Positions 27,546-37,116 of a DNA stretch of 59,784 nucleotides are shown here, one piece after another. The notes below the pieces were generated by a model, which was not told the DNA's origin, ran no database searches, and was given only the letters and a program-made list of their open reading frames with translations. The stretch is from Nitrososphaerales archaeon (GTDB lineage: Archaea; Thermoproteota; Nitrososphaeria; Nitrososphaerales; JACPRH01). Within the stretch, counting starts at the first letter, position 1. Each line of letters opens with the position of its first letter. The DNA lies in NCBI GenBank assembly GCA_030754585.1, contig JASMAB010000002.1, positions 1 through 59,784 on the forward strand. Reading direction: 5' to 3'. Position numbers and translations under genes: made by a program.

Positions 27546-28717
27546 TTTTCAGAGAGCGTTTTTACGATTTTTTGAAGTACCATGTTTGGTGCATCAGTTT
27601 TGATTCCTTTTGAATTTAGTGCAGTTCTTGATGCTCGGTAACCTTTTTTCTTGATAGACTGTATTATGGAACTTAAGCTTGGAGTAGTGACTCCCATTTT
27701 ACTTGAAATTTTGTCTATTGTAAAATAAGTTGGTGGCATATCGATTTCTTGAAGCGCTATAGATGTAATCTTTGTACCTATTTTGATTAAATGTGTTTCA
27801 CAATCCTGAGCCAATTCTTTTAGAAATTTCTTATTATGAATGGGTCCTGTCCATAGAGGTCCAGCATGTTTCATTAAAGTTTTGCAGATAGAACATTCCA
27901 TATTTGAAACAATATCTGTAGCTCGATGGCCACATTTAAAACAATGCAGAATGTATCCTATTTCTTTGTATGTTTTTTCTTCCCATACAGCCCCAGTATG
28001 AATTGTCATATAAACTCTAAAATAATGACGTGCTCTATAAGCAAATACAGGTTTTATCCCTAATTCTAGTCTCATTGCATTATGGGCCACAGACCCGAAA
28101 AGTAAACGGACTCCAATTTCATGGCTGTATTCTGTCCTAAGTGAATGTCCTTGATATTTTCGGTATGATACTTTGGGATGAACTCCACATAAGACCGGCA
28201 TATCCGTTGCTGTGATAGAAAACAGTCCATTATTATCTATAGATCTTAATGCACAGTCAAGATATGGTGCAGGAGAACCAAATGGATCAAGATCTAAAAT
28301 ACTGAATCTTTTTTTTGGACCAGAGTGTGATGCCAGAAATTGGCAAATATCTAAATTTGAAAATTCGCATTTCTCAGAAACTTGATTTGATTGTGCTGAT
28401 TTCTCAGCTAGATTTATTGCATACGGATTACCATCATTTATGAAAACTTCTTTTACATCTGGTACTTCAACAGCAACTCTTATTCCTCTTGCTCCTACTC
28501 CAGCTAGCGAATCCGCCATAATCATTGATGATGCTTTATTTTTGGAGAATATCCGATATGCTGCCATTGATATGTCTCTGTTTAATTCTGCTTTAGGATT
28601 GAAAAAAGCTGGTGTTCTTGGGGGAATATTTGATTGTAAGCTAGATTCAGGTACTAATAACTCTGTTTTTCCTTCGATTATTTTTTTTACCAGCTCGATT
28701 CCGCCAGTTCTACTCAC
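27542..28717 (-). CDS. trm1: tRNA (guanine26-N2)-dimethyltransferase
   Basis: Motifs seen: FFNPKAELNRDIS, DLDPFGSPAPYLD and a C-terminal Cys cluster. Confidence 0.9.
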   Translation of the reverse strand: MSRTGGIELVKKIIEGKTELLVPESSLQSNIPPRTPAFFNPKAELNRDISMAAYRIFSKNKASSMIMADSLAGVGARGIRVAVEVPDVKEVFINDGNPYAINLAEKSAQSNQVSEKCEFSNLDICQFLASHSGPKKRFSILDLDPFGSPAPYLDCALRSIDNNGLFSITATDMPVLCGVHPKVSYRKYQGHSLRTEYSHEIGVRLLFGSVAHNAMRLELGIKPVFAYRARHYFRVYMTIHTGAVWEEKTYKEIGYILHCFKCGHRATDIVSNMECSICKTLMKHAGPLWTGPIHNKKFLKELAQDCETHLIKIGTKITSIALQEIDMPPTYFTIDKISSKMGVTTPSLSSIIQSIKKKGYRASRTALNSKGIKTDAPNMVLQKIVKTLSEN

Positions 28718-28755
28718 TTTCTTTCAGCTATCCAAAGGACTTTGAATACATAAAT

Positions 28756-29082
28756 TCAGTTTCTTTGTTTCTTTGATTCAAGTCTCTGTTCACCACGAAT
28801 CATAGATAAGCGTGATGCTAACTCTTTGATTACTTGAATCTTTGGTTTATTGTGCTCAATTGATATGTACCCTGAACTGATTTGCATTCGTCTAGGATAT
28901 ACCGCTTCTTTTGTTTCAGGTTTATATCCTGCTTTTTTTGCTGCTTCTTCAAGTTCATTAAGTGTGGGATTTCGTACTGCCATATTAAGTGGTACTCTTC
29001 TTCCTTCTTCTCTGCTGAATCCTGAGTTAAAATAGTCTATCCAGATTACGAGTCTATCGTAATCCTTCATAGCTATATACAC
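28756..29082 (-). CDS. srp19: Signal recognition particle protein SRP19
   Basis: The sequence reads LVIWIDYFNSGFSREEGRRVP. GTG 29082 is the longest start, and ATG 29070 is also plausible. Confidence 0.85.
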   Translation of the reverse strand: MYIAMKDYDRLVIWIDYFNSGFSREEGRRVPLNMAVRNPTLNELEEAAKKAGYKPETKEAVYPRRMQISSGYISIEHNKPKIQVIKELASRLSMIRGEQRLESKKQRN

Positions 29083-29480
29083 TACTTTTGGAGGATGGCG
29101 TTTACCACTCCATCCTGTCCAGGGCGTGATGAAACTATTGCTTTTCCTTTTTCAGTTTCTAAAATGCAACCTTTTGTAATTACGCCGCGTCTTTCATAAT
29201 CTCTATTTGCCGGATTCTTAATGACTTTCAATATTCTTGTTTTCTCTGTCTTCTTAGTTGAAGGGTCAACAACATTTGCAAATTCTGCACTTTTTAACCC
29301 TTTTTTTATTCCTCCACCCCTAACGTTTTTAGTAACGACTTTATTTTCACCTTTTACGCTTTCAATTGCGTACCGACTCTTTTCATAGGCGCGACTACCT
29401 CTATATGCTATGCGCCTACCTCCGGTTGCCTTTCTTTTAGTTAAATTCTTAGTTGGCTTGATCAAATGGCTACCCTTCAT
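29082..29480 (-). CDS. rps8e: 30S ribosomal protein eS8
   Basis: The sequence shows the KRKATGGRR...NKVVTKNVRGGG pattern. Confidence 0.9.
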   Translation of the reverse strand: MKGSHLIKPTKNLTKRKATGGRRIAYRGSRAYEKSRYAIESVKGENKVVTKNVRGGGIKKGLKSAEFANVVDPSTKKTEKTRILKVIKNPANRDYERRGVITKGCILETEKGKAIVSSRPGQDGVVNAILQK

Positions 29481-29516
29481 TCGTGAAAAAAGTATATTTT
29501 AAACTTTGTTAGATGT

Positions 29517-30047
29517 TTATTTAGAGGTTATTTTTCGTTTTGTTGATAATTTTTGTTTAATCTTTGTTGGTTCTTTGCTTAGCCCAAAGTAATCAGAAAA
29601 TGAACTACTTGTTCGGTACATACTGCTTCTTCCAGATCGTTGTGAATCAACAAAACCGAGTTTACGAAGTTCCTTTAAGTGACTATATGCTTGAGACCCT
29701 CTTCTTGCAGCAATATCTGTACTCGATACAGGTTGCAGATACGCTACATGGGTGAGAGTATTAAGGACGGACCTGGTCATTAGAGGTCTGAGAGAAAACT
29801 TTCTTGCTACTTTTGTATATTGAGGCTTTAATTGCATTACAAACTTTGGTCCAGGAAGTTTACTAATTTCTAGTGCAACCATGTTTTCGTTAAAGCTTTT
29901 CATTATATTCATTACTATCTTCATTGTTTTTCGTTTAGAAGTTATTCTTGCAGCTTTTGCTAATTCTTCAATTTCTAAAGGTCTGCCGTATGCATATAAT
30001 GCTGATTCAATTCGTGCTCGTATATTATTATCATCACTTATCGTCAT
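29517..30047 (-). CDS. scpB: Segregation and condensation protein B
   Basis: The sequence IESALYAYGRPLEIEELAK and tandem wHTH pattern fit ScpB. The gene follows scpA and smc. Confidence 0.8.
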   Translation of the reverse strand: MTISDDNNIRARIESALYAYGRPLEIEELAKAARITSKRKTMKIVMNIMKSFNENMVALEISKLPGPKFVMQLKPQYTKVARKFSLRPLMTRSVLNTLTHVAYLQPVSSTDIAARRGSQAYSHLKELRKLGFVDSQRSGRSSMYRTSSSFSDYFGLSKEPTKIKQKLSTKRKITSK

Positions 30048-30709
30048 TTTTGAATTGCTCCTATTATCAGCATGTCTTCTTCATCCTGAATTATTCTTAT
30101 CAATCCATCATTGGCAATGAAAAGGAGTAACAGAAATGTTCTTACTCTATCTAAGGTATTCATGTTCATAACATATTCACTGAAAAGGATCCTTTTCTTC
30201 TCTCGAAGGATATTTCCAATGTCTCTCTTGAGTTCTTTAAGCGCCTTTTGAATTTGAACAGAAAAAATATCCACTTCAATTATAGGTTCTACTTCAATCA
30301 CACTGGTCTTTGGTTTCTTAATTTGTTGAGAAATCATTTCATCAAGAATATTTTCTAAGGTGCTTACAAGGTCATCAAGATTTGTTGTAGATAATTCATA
30401 CCTGTAAGGAATCTCTAACATTTGAGGTGGATCTAATCTACCAGTAATCTGCCGTTTTATCTTCAACTTTTCAAAGAGAAATAAACTTTCTACTTTCAAC
30501 CTATAAATTAGTGCTGAAGATAATGCTGCGGATCCACATAATCGAAGATCTGGTGTTTCCATTTGTTCAATAATCTTGATAAACATCTCTAGAAGTTCTT
30601 GGAGATCAATTTCCCAGGGTTTTCTGGTTTTCATTTCAGTGGGATTAATGAGAATATTTAGTGGGGGTTTTGATAAATCAGACTTTTCTTTAACCACTTC
30701 TAGCCACAA
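30044..30709 (-). CDS. scpA: Segregation and condensation protein A (kleisin)
   Basis: The motif KPWEIDLQELLEMFIK is present. It overlaps smc by 20 nt and scpB by 4 nt. Confidence 0.8.
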   Translation of the reverse strand: MWLEVVKEKSDLSKPPLNILINPTEMKTRKPWEIDLQELLEMFIKIIEQMETPDLRLCGSAALSSALIYRLKVESLFLFEKLKIKRQITGRLDPPQMLEIPYRYELSTTNLDDLVSTLENILDEMISQQIKKPKTSVIEVEPIIEVDIFSVQIQKALKELKRDIGNILREKKRILFSEYVMNMNTLDRVRTFLLLLFIANDGLIRIIQDEEDMLIIGAIQK

Positions 30710-33700
30710 CTCCTAAACCCGTTTTATACTTGAGAATCTTTGATGTACCTTTCTCCTTATACAACCCATAGATTAATGATGCACGTGTTAACATTGTATC
30801 TTTCAAAGTTACTGCAATAATTTGTGAATTAACAGCTTTTTCTTTTAATAAATCTGCTAATTTTTCTACATACCTTACATCCAAATGTGCATCAATTTCA
30901 TCAAAAAGGTAAAATGGTGAAGGATAAACTGACTGTATAGCTAAAATTACTGATAATGCAGATACTGTTTTTTCACCACCACTAACTGCACTTGATTCCC
31001 TAGGTTTATTATCTGGAAATTGTGCCATAAGAAAAATACCTTGAGAAAAAATATCATTAGGATTTTCAAGTTCCAACCAAGAGGAACCCCCAGTGAGTTT
31101 TGAGAAAATAATCCGAAGTTCTTGATCAATCTTTTTAAAGCCTTCTAGAAAAACTTTTTTCTTTTCAGAGTCTACTTCTTCGATAAACTTCACAATTACA
31201 TTGCGTTCTTCTTCAAGCTGATTTCGCCTTATTGACAGATTCTTGTATCCTGCGAATATTTCCCTATAGGAACTGACTGCCAATAAGTTGACCTGATTCT
31301 TGAGTCGTTGGTATTCAATGTTTAGTTGCTCATTAAGAACTTCTGCATTGTCAAATATCTCAATGGGTTCAGTATACCCATAAAGAGTGAGTTCACCTTG
31401 GAGATTTTGCTCAGTTTGTTGTAACATTTCAATACTTTTTGAAGTGGATATCATCTCTTTTTCTATATTTGTTATCGATTTTCTAAGACCATCCCTTTCC
31501 TTAGTTATTCGTCTCAGTTTAGTTTCATATCTCTCAAGAATTGGTCTAGATTTTTTTGATTTTGTTATTGTTCTTTTTACATCTTGCTTCTGAATTGCCA
31601 AGTTTTCTGAAAGTTTTTTGAGTTCTTCTATTTTTTTTTCTGTGAAAATCCTTTTTTCCTTCAATATTGATTTGGATCCTTCTATTTGTTCTTCTAATCT
31701 AGCATAACTTGGTTCCAAATTATGTTTAAGATTACCTTCATACCTCAAGAGTTGAGATTCAGTTTCCCTTAGTTTGTTTGTTATTTCTTCAATAAATAGG
31801 TTCTTGATTTTTTTCTTTTCTTGTAAATTTCTTATCTCTTCAGATATATTTTTGGTTGATATTTGGCTTAGTTTAGTTTCATATATAGATATCTTGTTAT
31901 TTGCCCTAATTTTTTTATCATTAAGTTTACTGATTATTTTATTAGTACGCTCAAAATCTCTTTCTGTCTTTCTTAAACGTGCTTGAATTTCTTTATTTAG
32001 ACTTTTATATCTTTTTATGAATGCTCTTACGCTGTCTCGCTCATCTTTTATTCTTTCTAAAGACGACCTTAACCGTATTTTTTCCTCTGTTAATTTCTTA
32101 GCTTCTGACTGTAAATTATCAATATTTGACTTTCGCTTGGTTATAGTACTTTTAAGAGATGATAATGCTTCTTTAATCACCCTTAATGATGCTTCATCTT
32201 TGACAAGTTCCATTATTTCATCTAATTTGGCAACATAGCCAGTCTCGAATGCTACGCTTCTAGGTTCAAATAAATCTCCGGATGGTGTAACACTCTTGAA
32301 TCCCTTTGTAGAAACTAAGTATCCATCTCTGGAGTTATTTACAAGAATTGTATCTCCAAATAAGAAATTTATCAATCCTTCAAGTCTTTCGTCACAATTT
32401 ATCACATCTGCGAGTGTACCAATTATTCCATCATCTTTTGGTACATTAATTTTCTTTGAACCCGTTATTTCAGAAAGAGGAATAACCGTTATATTCCCGA
32501 TTTTTAAACGCTTTGAAATTTCAATAGTCTTTAGCATGGTGTGAAGGTCACTAACGACTGCCGCATTCATCCACCGTTTACCCGCTGCTTGGACCGCAGC
32601 TTTATATTTTCCTGGGTATGATACTAACTTATCGATTCTACCAATATAACCTTTGATTGCTCCAGTCTTTGCGAGGTCCTCCAATCGTTTTAACCCCAGT
32701 TCATGAGCAATTATCTTCTTGGCCATATTTTTTTGAATTTCATATTTTAAAACTACATCACTCGCTTTGCTTAATGTGGCTATCGCCTTGTCAATTTCAC
32801 CTTGAAGATTTGTTTCTTGATCTGTTAATCCAGTTAGTGATGATCCTACTTTCTTAAATGATGATTTCTCCGTTTGTTCAACATCATAAGATTTCTTTAA
32901 TTGGTCTTCAAGATGGTGCAGAGTTTCTTGGAATGGCTGAGCTTTGTCGGTTTGCACCGTTAAACTTTCGTTCATTAGTTCTCTCTTATTATTTTTAATC
33001 TCTAATTGATGTATGGTTGAGTTTAATGTTTCTTTGTACTTTGAAATTTGTTTAGCAAGATTATTAGTTTGATTTCTTTTCTTCTCTTTTAAGTTTTGAA
33101 GGCGTGTCAATTGTGCTTCAATTTGTCTTATTGTAGTCTCTGACTCTTTTTTATTTTTTCCAAGTTCTACAAACTTAGTTTTTTCTTCCTTTATTTGAGT
33201 CTTGGTATCATTCAATACTTTCATTTGTTGGTCTTGCATCTTTTTTAGATGTGGCGATGAATTTTCAATCTTTTTAATTAGATTTTTTGCTATTGATACT
33301 TCTTCCTTATATCTTGTAATATCACTTTGAGCTTTTCCAATTGCAAATTGAAGTTCGACTTTTTTTCCTCCCGAGGTGTCCATAACTGTAGACACAAATT
33401 CCTTTCTTTCGTTTTCTGCTTCTATAATCTGTTTATCTATCGTATCTAAATTTTTTTGAAGTCGTTTTTTTCCATTTTCGTAATCCCCAAGAAATTTTTT
33501 TTTATCTTCAATTTGCTTAATGTTGGATGATAATAGTCTAGACGTTATTACTGCATTCAGCCATCTGATTTCGTCTTCGAGTATCTTCAATCTATTTTGA
33601 TCATTCATCTCATTTTCAAGTGAGTCTACTCTATTCTTCATCTCGTCTATTCTGGCTAAAGCGATTTGGAGTTTAGTGTCTGCATCGTTAAGTTGTTCTT

Positions 33701-34235
33701 GTGCTCTTTTCCTTTTATCATCAAACTGTGAAACTCCAACGATTTCTTCAATTAACTCCCGTTTTTCATCTGGGTTAAGCTCTGATAGACGGGTTATGAC
33801 CCCTTGGGGAACCATGTTTAATCCTTCTGGAGAAATAAGTGCAAGGTTCAGCAGTTCTGAAAGTGCACTCTTTGTGACCCTTTTTCCGTTAAGGAAGTAT
33901 TGATTTTCTCCAGTTTGCCTGAGTTCTCTTGTTACCAGAACATTATTTGAATCAACAGGTATCCTTCTTGAAATGTTATCAAAGGTTACTGTAACTCTAA
34001 TTACTGATGGTCCCTTAACGCTGGTTCCATCAAATATCAGAGAAGTTAATCTATCTACCCTAAGCTTTTTAGAACTATTTTGACCTAGACAGAACATAAT
34101 TGAATCCATAATATTTGATTTTCCAGAGCCATTAGGGCCAGTAATTGCCGTAAAATCTTCATTGAATTTTATAGCAACTGTTTTGTTTCCAAGGGACTTG
34201 AATCCACGTGCTTCTACCTTCTTAATGAAAACCAT
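30690..34235 (-). CDS. smc: Chromosome segregation ATPase SMC
   Basis: Walker A GPNGSGKSN, long coiled coils with a hinge, signature SGGEKT and Walker B LFDEIDAHLD are all present. Confidence 0.92.
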   Translation of the reverse strand: MVFIKKVEARGFKSLGNKTVAIKFNEDFTAITGPNGSGKSNIMDSIMFCLGQNSSKKLRVDRLTSLIFDGTSVKGPSVIRVTVTFDNISRRIPVDSNNVLVTRELRQTGENQYFLNGKRVTKSALSELLNLALISPEGLNMVPQGVITRLSELNPDEKRELIEEIVGVSQFDDKRKRAQEQLNDADTKLQIALARIDEMKNRVDSLENEMNDQNRLKILEDEIRWLNAVITSRLLSSNIKQIEDKKKFLGDYENGKKRLQKNLDTIDKQIIEAENERKEFVSTVMDTSGGKKVELQFAIGKAQSDITRYKEEVSIAKNLIKKIENSSPHLKKMQDQQMKVLNDTKTQIKEEKTKFVELGKNKKESETTIRQIEAQLTRLQNLKEKKRNQTNNLAKQISKYKETLNSTIHQLEIKNNKRELMNESLTVQTDKAQPFQETLHHLEDQLKKSYDVEQTEKSSFKKVGSSLTGLTDQETNLQGEIDKAIATLSKASDVVLKYEIQKNMAKKIIAHELGLKRLEDLAKTGAIKGYIGRIDKLVSYPGKYKAAVQAAGKRWMNAAVVSDLHTMLKTIEISKRLKIGNITVIPLSEITGSKKINVPKDDGIIGTLADVINCDERLEGLINFLFGDTILVNNSRDGYLVSTKGFKSVTPSGDLFEPRSVAFETGYVAKLDEIMELVKDEASLRVIKEALSSLKSTITKRKSNIDNLQSEAKKLTEEKIRLRSSLERIKDERDSVRAFIKRYKSLNKEIQARLRKTERDFERTNKIISKLNDKKIRANNKISIYETKLSQISTKNISEEIRNLQEKKKIKNLFIEEITNKLRETESQLLRYEGNLKHNLEPSYARLEEQIEGSKSILKEKRIFTEKKIEELKKLSENLAIQKQDVKRTITKSKKSRPILERYETKLRRITKERDGLRKSITNIEKEMISTSKSIEMLQQTEQNLQGELTLYGYTEPIEIFDNAEVLNEQLNIEYQRLKNQVNLLAVSSYREIFAGYKNLSIRRNQLEEERNVIVKFIEEVDSEKKKVFLEGFKKIDQELRIIFSKLTGGSSWLELENPNDIFSQGIFLMAQFPDNKPRESSAVSGGEKTVSALSVILAIQSVYPSPFYLFDEIDAHLDVRYVEKLADLLKEKAVNSQIIAVTLKDTMLTRASLIYGLYKEKGTSKILKYKTGLGVVARSG

Positions 34236-34395
34236 ACATTATCACATTAAAGAATGATTTATGGTTTCGGTAGAGGCAGTAACCATTTTGCATTAACATA
34301 TGAAAAAGGGATTTATAAGCTTGGTGAAAAAATAAATTATCCATCTAAAGTATTGTTTTCCCAATATTTTGGGCAACGAACAATTAAGATGTGAA

Positions 34396-35253
34396 TTATC
34401 GAGTATTCTTTATGATGCGTCGTTTCAACGGTGGATTAGTCTTGTGATCTTTCATGTGGAATGTATTTTCTTCAGCTGGAAATTTTCCATTAATAACTTC
34501 ATCTCGGTAAGATTCGAGAGATTTCTGTATCTCTTCACCTAAATTCGCATATTTTTTTATGAATTTTGGAGTAAACTTGTCATATAAACCAAGAATATCG
34601 TGAAACACAACTATCTGTCCATCGCAATCTGGACCTGAACCTATTCCTATAGTAGGTATACTTAGCTTCTCAGTAATTATTTTCGCTACTTCGCTAGTGA
34701 CCATTTCTAATACTACAGCGAATGCACCTGCTTCTTCAATTGCTATAGCGTCCTTAATTACCTCTTTTGCGGTTTTGTCTGTTCTGCCTTGAACTCTATA
34801 TCCACTCCATAATGGAGATGTTTGAGGCATAAGACCAACATGACCCATAACGGGAATTTTAGCATTGGTTAGAGCTTCAACTCTACTTTTCATTTTTATT
34901 CCCCCTTCAATTTTAACTGCGTCTACGCCTCCTTCTTTAACGAATTTTCCTCCATTTCTGACTGCGTCTTCATCACTGGCTTGGTAACTCATAAATGGCA
35001 TATCTCCTACAATCAAAGATCCTTTATTTCCTCTTGTAACGGCCTTACTGAAAAGTATCATTTCATCTATTCCTACTGGAATAGTTGTCTGGTATCCAAG
35101 TACAACCATGCTTGCTGAGTCTCCTACTAATATTAAGTCAATTCCTGACCTACCTACAAGAGCAGCTGATGTATAATCATAAGCCGTTATGCATGTAATT
35201 TTTCTCTCTTCATTTTTCATGCGAAGAATTTCTGCAATGTTAATCTTTTTCAT
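34396..35253 (-). CDS. panB: 3-Methyl-2-oxobutanoate hydroxymethyltransferase
   Basis: The pattern ITAYDY...LVGDS...GDMPF...VKIEGG fits PanB. Confidence 0.9.
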   Translation of the reverse strand: MKKINIAEILRMKNEERKITCITAYDYTSAALVGRSGIDLILVGDSASMVVLGYQTTIPVGIDEMILFSKAVTRGNKGSLIVGDMPFMSYQASDEDAVRNGGKFVKEGGVDAVKIEGGIKMKSRVEALTNAKIPVMGHVGLMPQTSPLWSGYRVQGRTDKTAKEVIKDAIAIEEAGAFAVVLEMVTSEVAKIITEKLSIPTIGIGSGPDCDGQIVVFHDILGLYDKFTPKFIKKYANLGEEIQKSLESYRDEVINGKFPAEENTFHMKDHKTNPPLKRRIIKNTR

Positions 35254-36032
35254 TGAGCATTAACTCTGATAACTGAATCTTTTTCCAACCTTTTTATGAT
35301 ATAACTTAGACTTTTACCTAGATTGACTTTATTGTCAAACCTTTTTATCATATCTTTGAGAATATCGTTTTCAATATTTTTTAATTTTTTTGTTTCTTCA
35401 AGAAGAAGTGGCATAGCTCTAACAATATTATCCACAATAGTTAGTGAAGCAGTTTGGGCTGTCCGAGATAGTGGGTTAAGGTCAATTGTGATGACTGTTT
35501 TACCTGCCTTTCTCAGTTCTGCTGTTCTATCTCCATCTTCAAGAGGTACTAACACAGTGTCTGAGACCATTATGCCATTAGGGTCCATCCATCTGCGAGA
35601 ACTCTCCAATCCATTCATCTCAAAAGCTGCTTCCTTCCCAATTCCAAGAACATTTTTTGCACCAAAAGACTTCAATTTTTTCATTATTGCTTTTTCTCTC
35701 TCAAGAGTTCGATGGAAAAGGTTTACTTCTATTTTTGCACCTACATTTTTTGCTAATTTTACGACTTCTTTAGGAGTTAATGTTGCAACATTACCATTAA
35801 CTGAAATGATGGGATTTTTAGAGATTAGAAGTGTAGCAGCTGCCACTTTGATTGCTACAGTAGCCTCAGAAATTGTTATTTCACCTAGGAGATAATCAAA
35901 AGCTTCTCCACGACCGTGAGCTATCAATCCCTGCTCTGTCATTATTCCTTCAGAATAACCTTCGTTTACTTTCTCTCGTACTTGCAGAGATTTTGCCCTA
36001 GGATGTGTTTTCGGTATTTTTGTTTTTGTCAA
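35250..36032 (-). CDS. 4-Phosphopantoate--beta-alanine ligase (archaeal phosphopantothenate synthetase, COG1701)
   Basis: The motif HGRGEAFDYLLGE is present. The gene sits between a GHMP kinase and panB with 4-nt overlaps on both sides. Confidence 0.75.
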   Translation of the reverse strand: MTKTKIPKTHPRAKSLQVREKVNEGYSEGIMTEQGLIAHGRGEAFDYLLGEITISEATVAIKVAAATLLISKNPIISVNGNVATLTPKEVVKLAKNVGAKIEVNLFHRTLEREKAIMKKLKSFGAKNVLGIGKEAAFEMNGLESSRRWMDPNGIMVSDTVLVPLEDGDRTAELRKAGKTVITIDLNPLSRTAQTASLTIVDNIVRAMPLLLEETKKLKNIENDILKDMIKRFDNKVNLGKSLSYIIKRLEKDSVIRVNAQ

Positions 36033-36931
36033 AGTAATCTAGCACCTCTTTTTTCGATTTGACTTACTATTATATTCTCATTATGTACTTTATATTTAGC
36101 GAAAACTCTCTTTAATTCCTTTACTTCGTTCTGTCTTACAAGAGAAAATAATGTATTCCCGAATAATGCAATTCCACAAACAAAACTTCTATCCTCTGCT
36201 TCCTTTGCAGCATTTTTTAGTTTATGATGTGTATTGATCAATTGGGAAAATCTTTTTGAGAGGTTTAAAAAATTCTTGATTGATCGATTAGCAAGAAAAA
36301 GACTAACATATTGTTCACCAAGTTTGGTTAGATCATTTTTTCTTCTTAGTTCCTTAAGCATTAGCTCTGTAGATTGAGTTCCAAGTTCAAGTGCCACCAT
36401 CCAATAATCTCCATTGTATGGAATTTTGGAAATCTTACCAATACCTGGTGCACCTTGTTTTTCTCTCACCTCAAAACCCCCATTCAACTCAGCTAATACG
36501 GTTCCAAGTCCAGTTTTACAAACTACCTCGGCAATATGAGCCACTTTCGCAGATTCAATTCTTGATAGCCCTAACTCCAGAACCTGATTAAGTGCTAGTG
36601 CCAAACTTAATGCAGCTGCTCCACTAGTTCCAAATCCAGATCCAGTAGGAATATCAATTTGGTGTTTTATTCTGATTTTTAGGTTTCTGTTTATTTTAGA
36701 TGTAAAGGATTTTGCAACATATTCAGAGACTACAGCATTATGTGCTATTTGATTATTAATTTCTATTTTCAGTTCGCTAATTTTAGATGGTGAAATATTG
36801 ACTTGTGTTGTTACTCCTTTTTGAATCGAGAAACCTATGCCTTTAGATCCGGATTTGATTGGGTCATCAAGGTATTCGTAAGGTTGAACTACTCCAGTTA
36901 TATGTCCTGGAGAGTAAGCTATAGATTCCAT
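36029..36931 (-). CDS. Pantoate kinase (archaeal GHMP-family, COG1829)
   Basis: GHMP motif II PTGSGFGTSGAAALS is present, and the operon context with PPS and panB supports the call. Confidence 0.7.
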   Translation of the reverse strand: MESIAYSPGHITGVVQPYEYLDDPIKSGSKGIGFSIQKGVTTQVNISPSKISELKIEINNQIAHNAVVSEYVAKSFTSKINRNLKIRIKHQIDIPTGSGFGTSGAAALSLALALNQVLELGLSRIESAKVAHIAEVVCKTGLGTVLAELNGGFEVREKQGAPGIGKISKIPYNGDYWMVALELGTQSTELMLKELRRKNDLTKLGEQYVSLFLANRSIKNFLNLSKRFSQLINTHHKLKNAAKEAEDRSFVCGIALFGNTLFSLVRQNEVKELKRVFAKYKVHNENIIVSQIEKRGARLL

Positions 36932-37116
36932 TATTGTTATTAATCAATATCTTTTTTATATAAATTATCCAGTTGTTATACTTAATTCTGGGTAATGGAT
37001 CTATAATATATTTCACAAACTCTTGCGAGTTATATGATAAATTACTTCATCCAAACCTAAAAATTTGTTAAAGAAAACTTAGAAAGATTAATAATCTGCT
37101 ATCTACTTGGTTAAGT

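Noticed and set aside
34254-34394. Small spacer ORFs: a 46-codon plus-strand ORF between smc and panB (MIYGFGRGSNHFALTYEKGIYKLGEK...), and a basic 37-codon minus-strand ORF at 16092-16205 between mobA and moeA.
   Set aside because: No recognisable family is evident and the lengths are compatible with chance. The first is on the opposite strand to both neighbours. Neither can be supported without conservation data.
35323-35895. A 190-aa plus-strand ORF lies antisense to the phosphopantothenate synthetase gene. Similar long antisense ORFs occur at 48139-48699, 10142-10540, 39328-39720, 17133-17459 and 54715-55059.
   Set aside because: Each lies entirely inside a well-supported conserved gene on the other strand. 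For 35323-35895 I worked out the frame offset. Stops in that antisense frame require Tyr codons, or His/Gln codons preceded by a T-ending codon. These appear few in the sense protein, so the open frame can be explained as a compositional by-product. The translations are low-complexity (S/F/I/L-rich) with no motifs.
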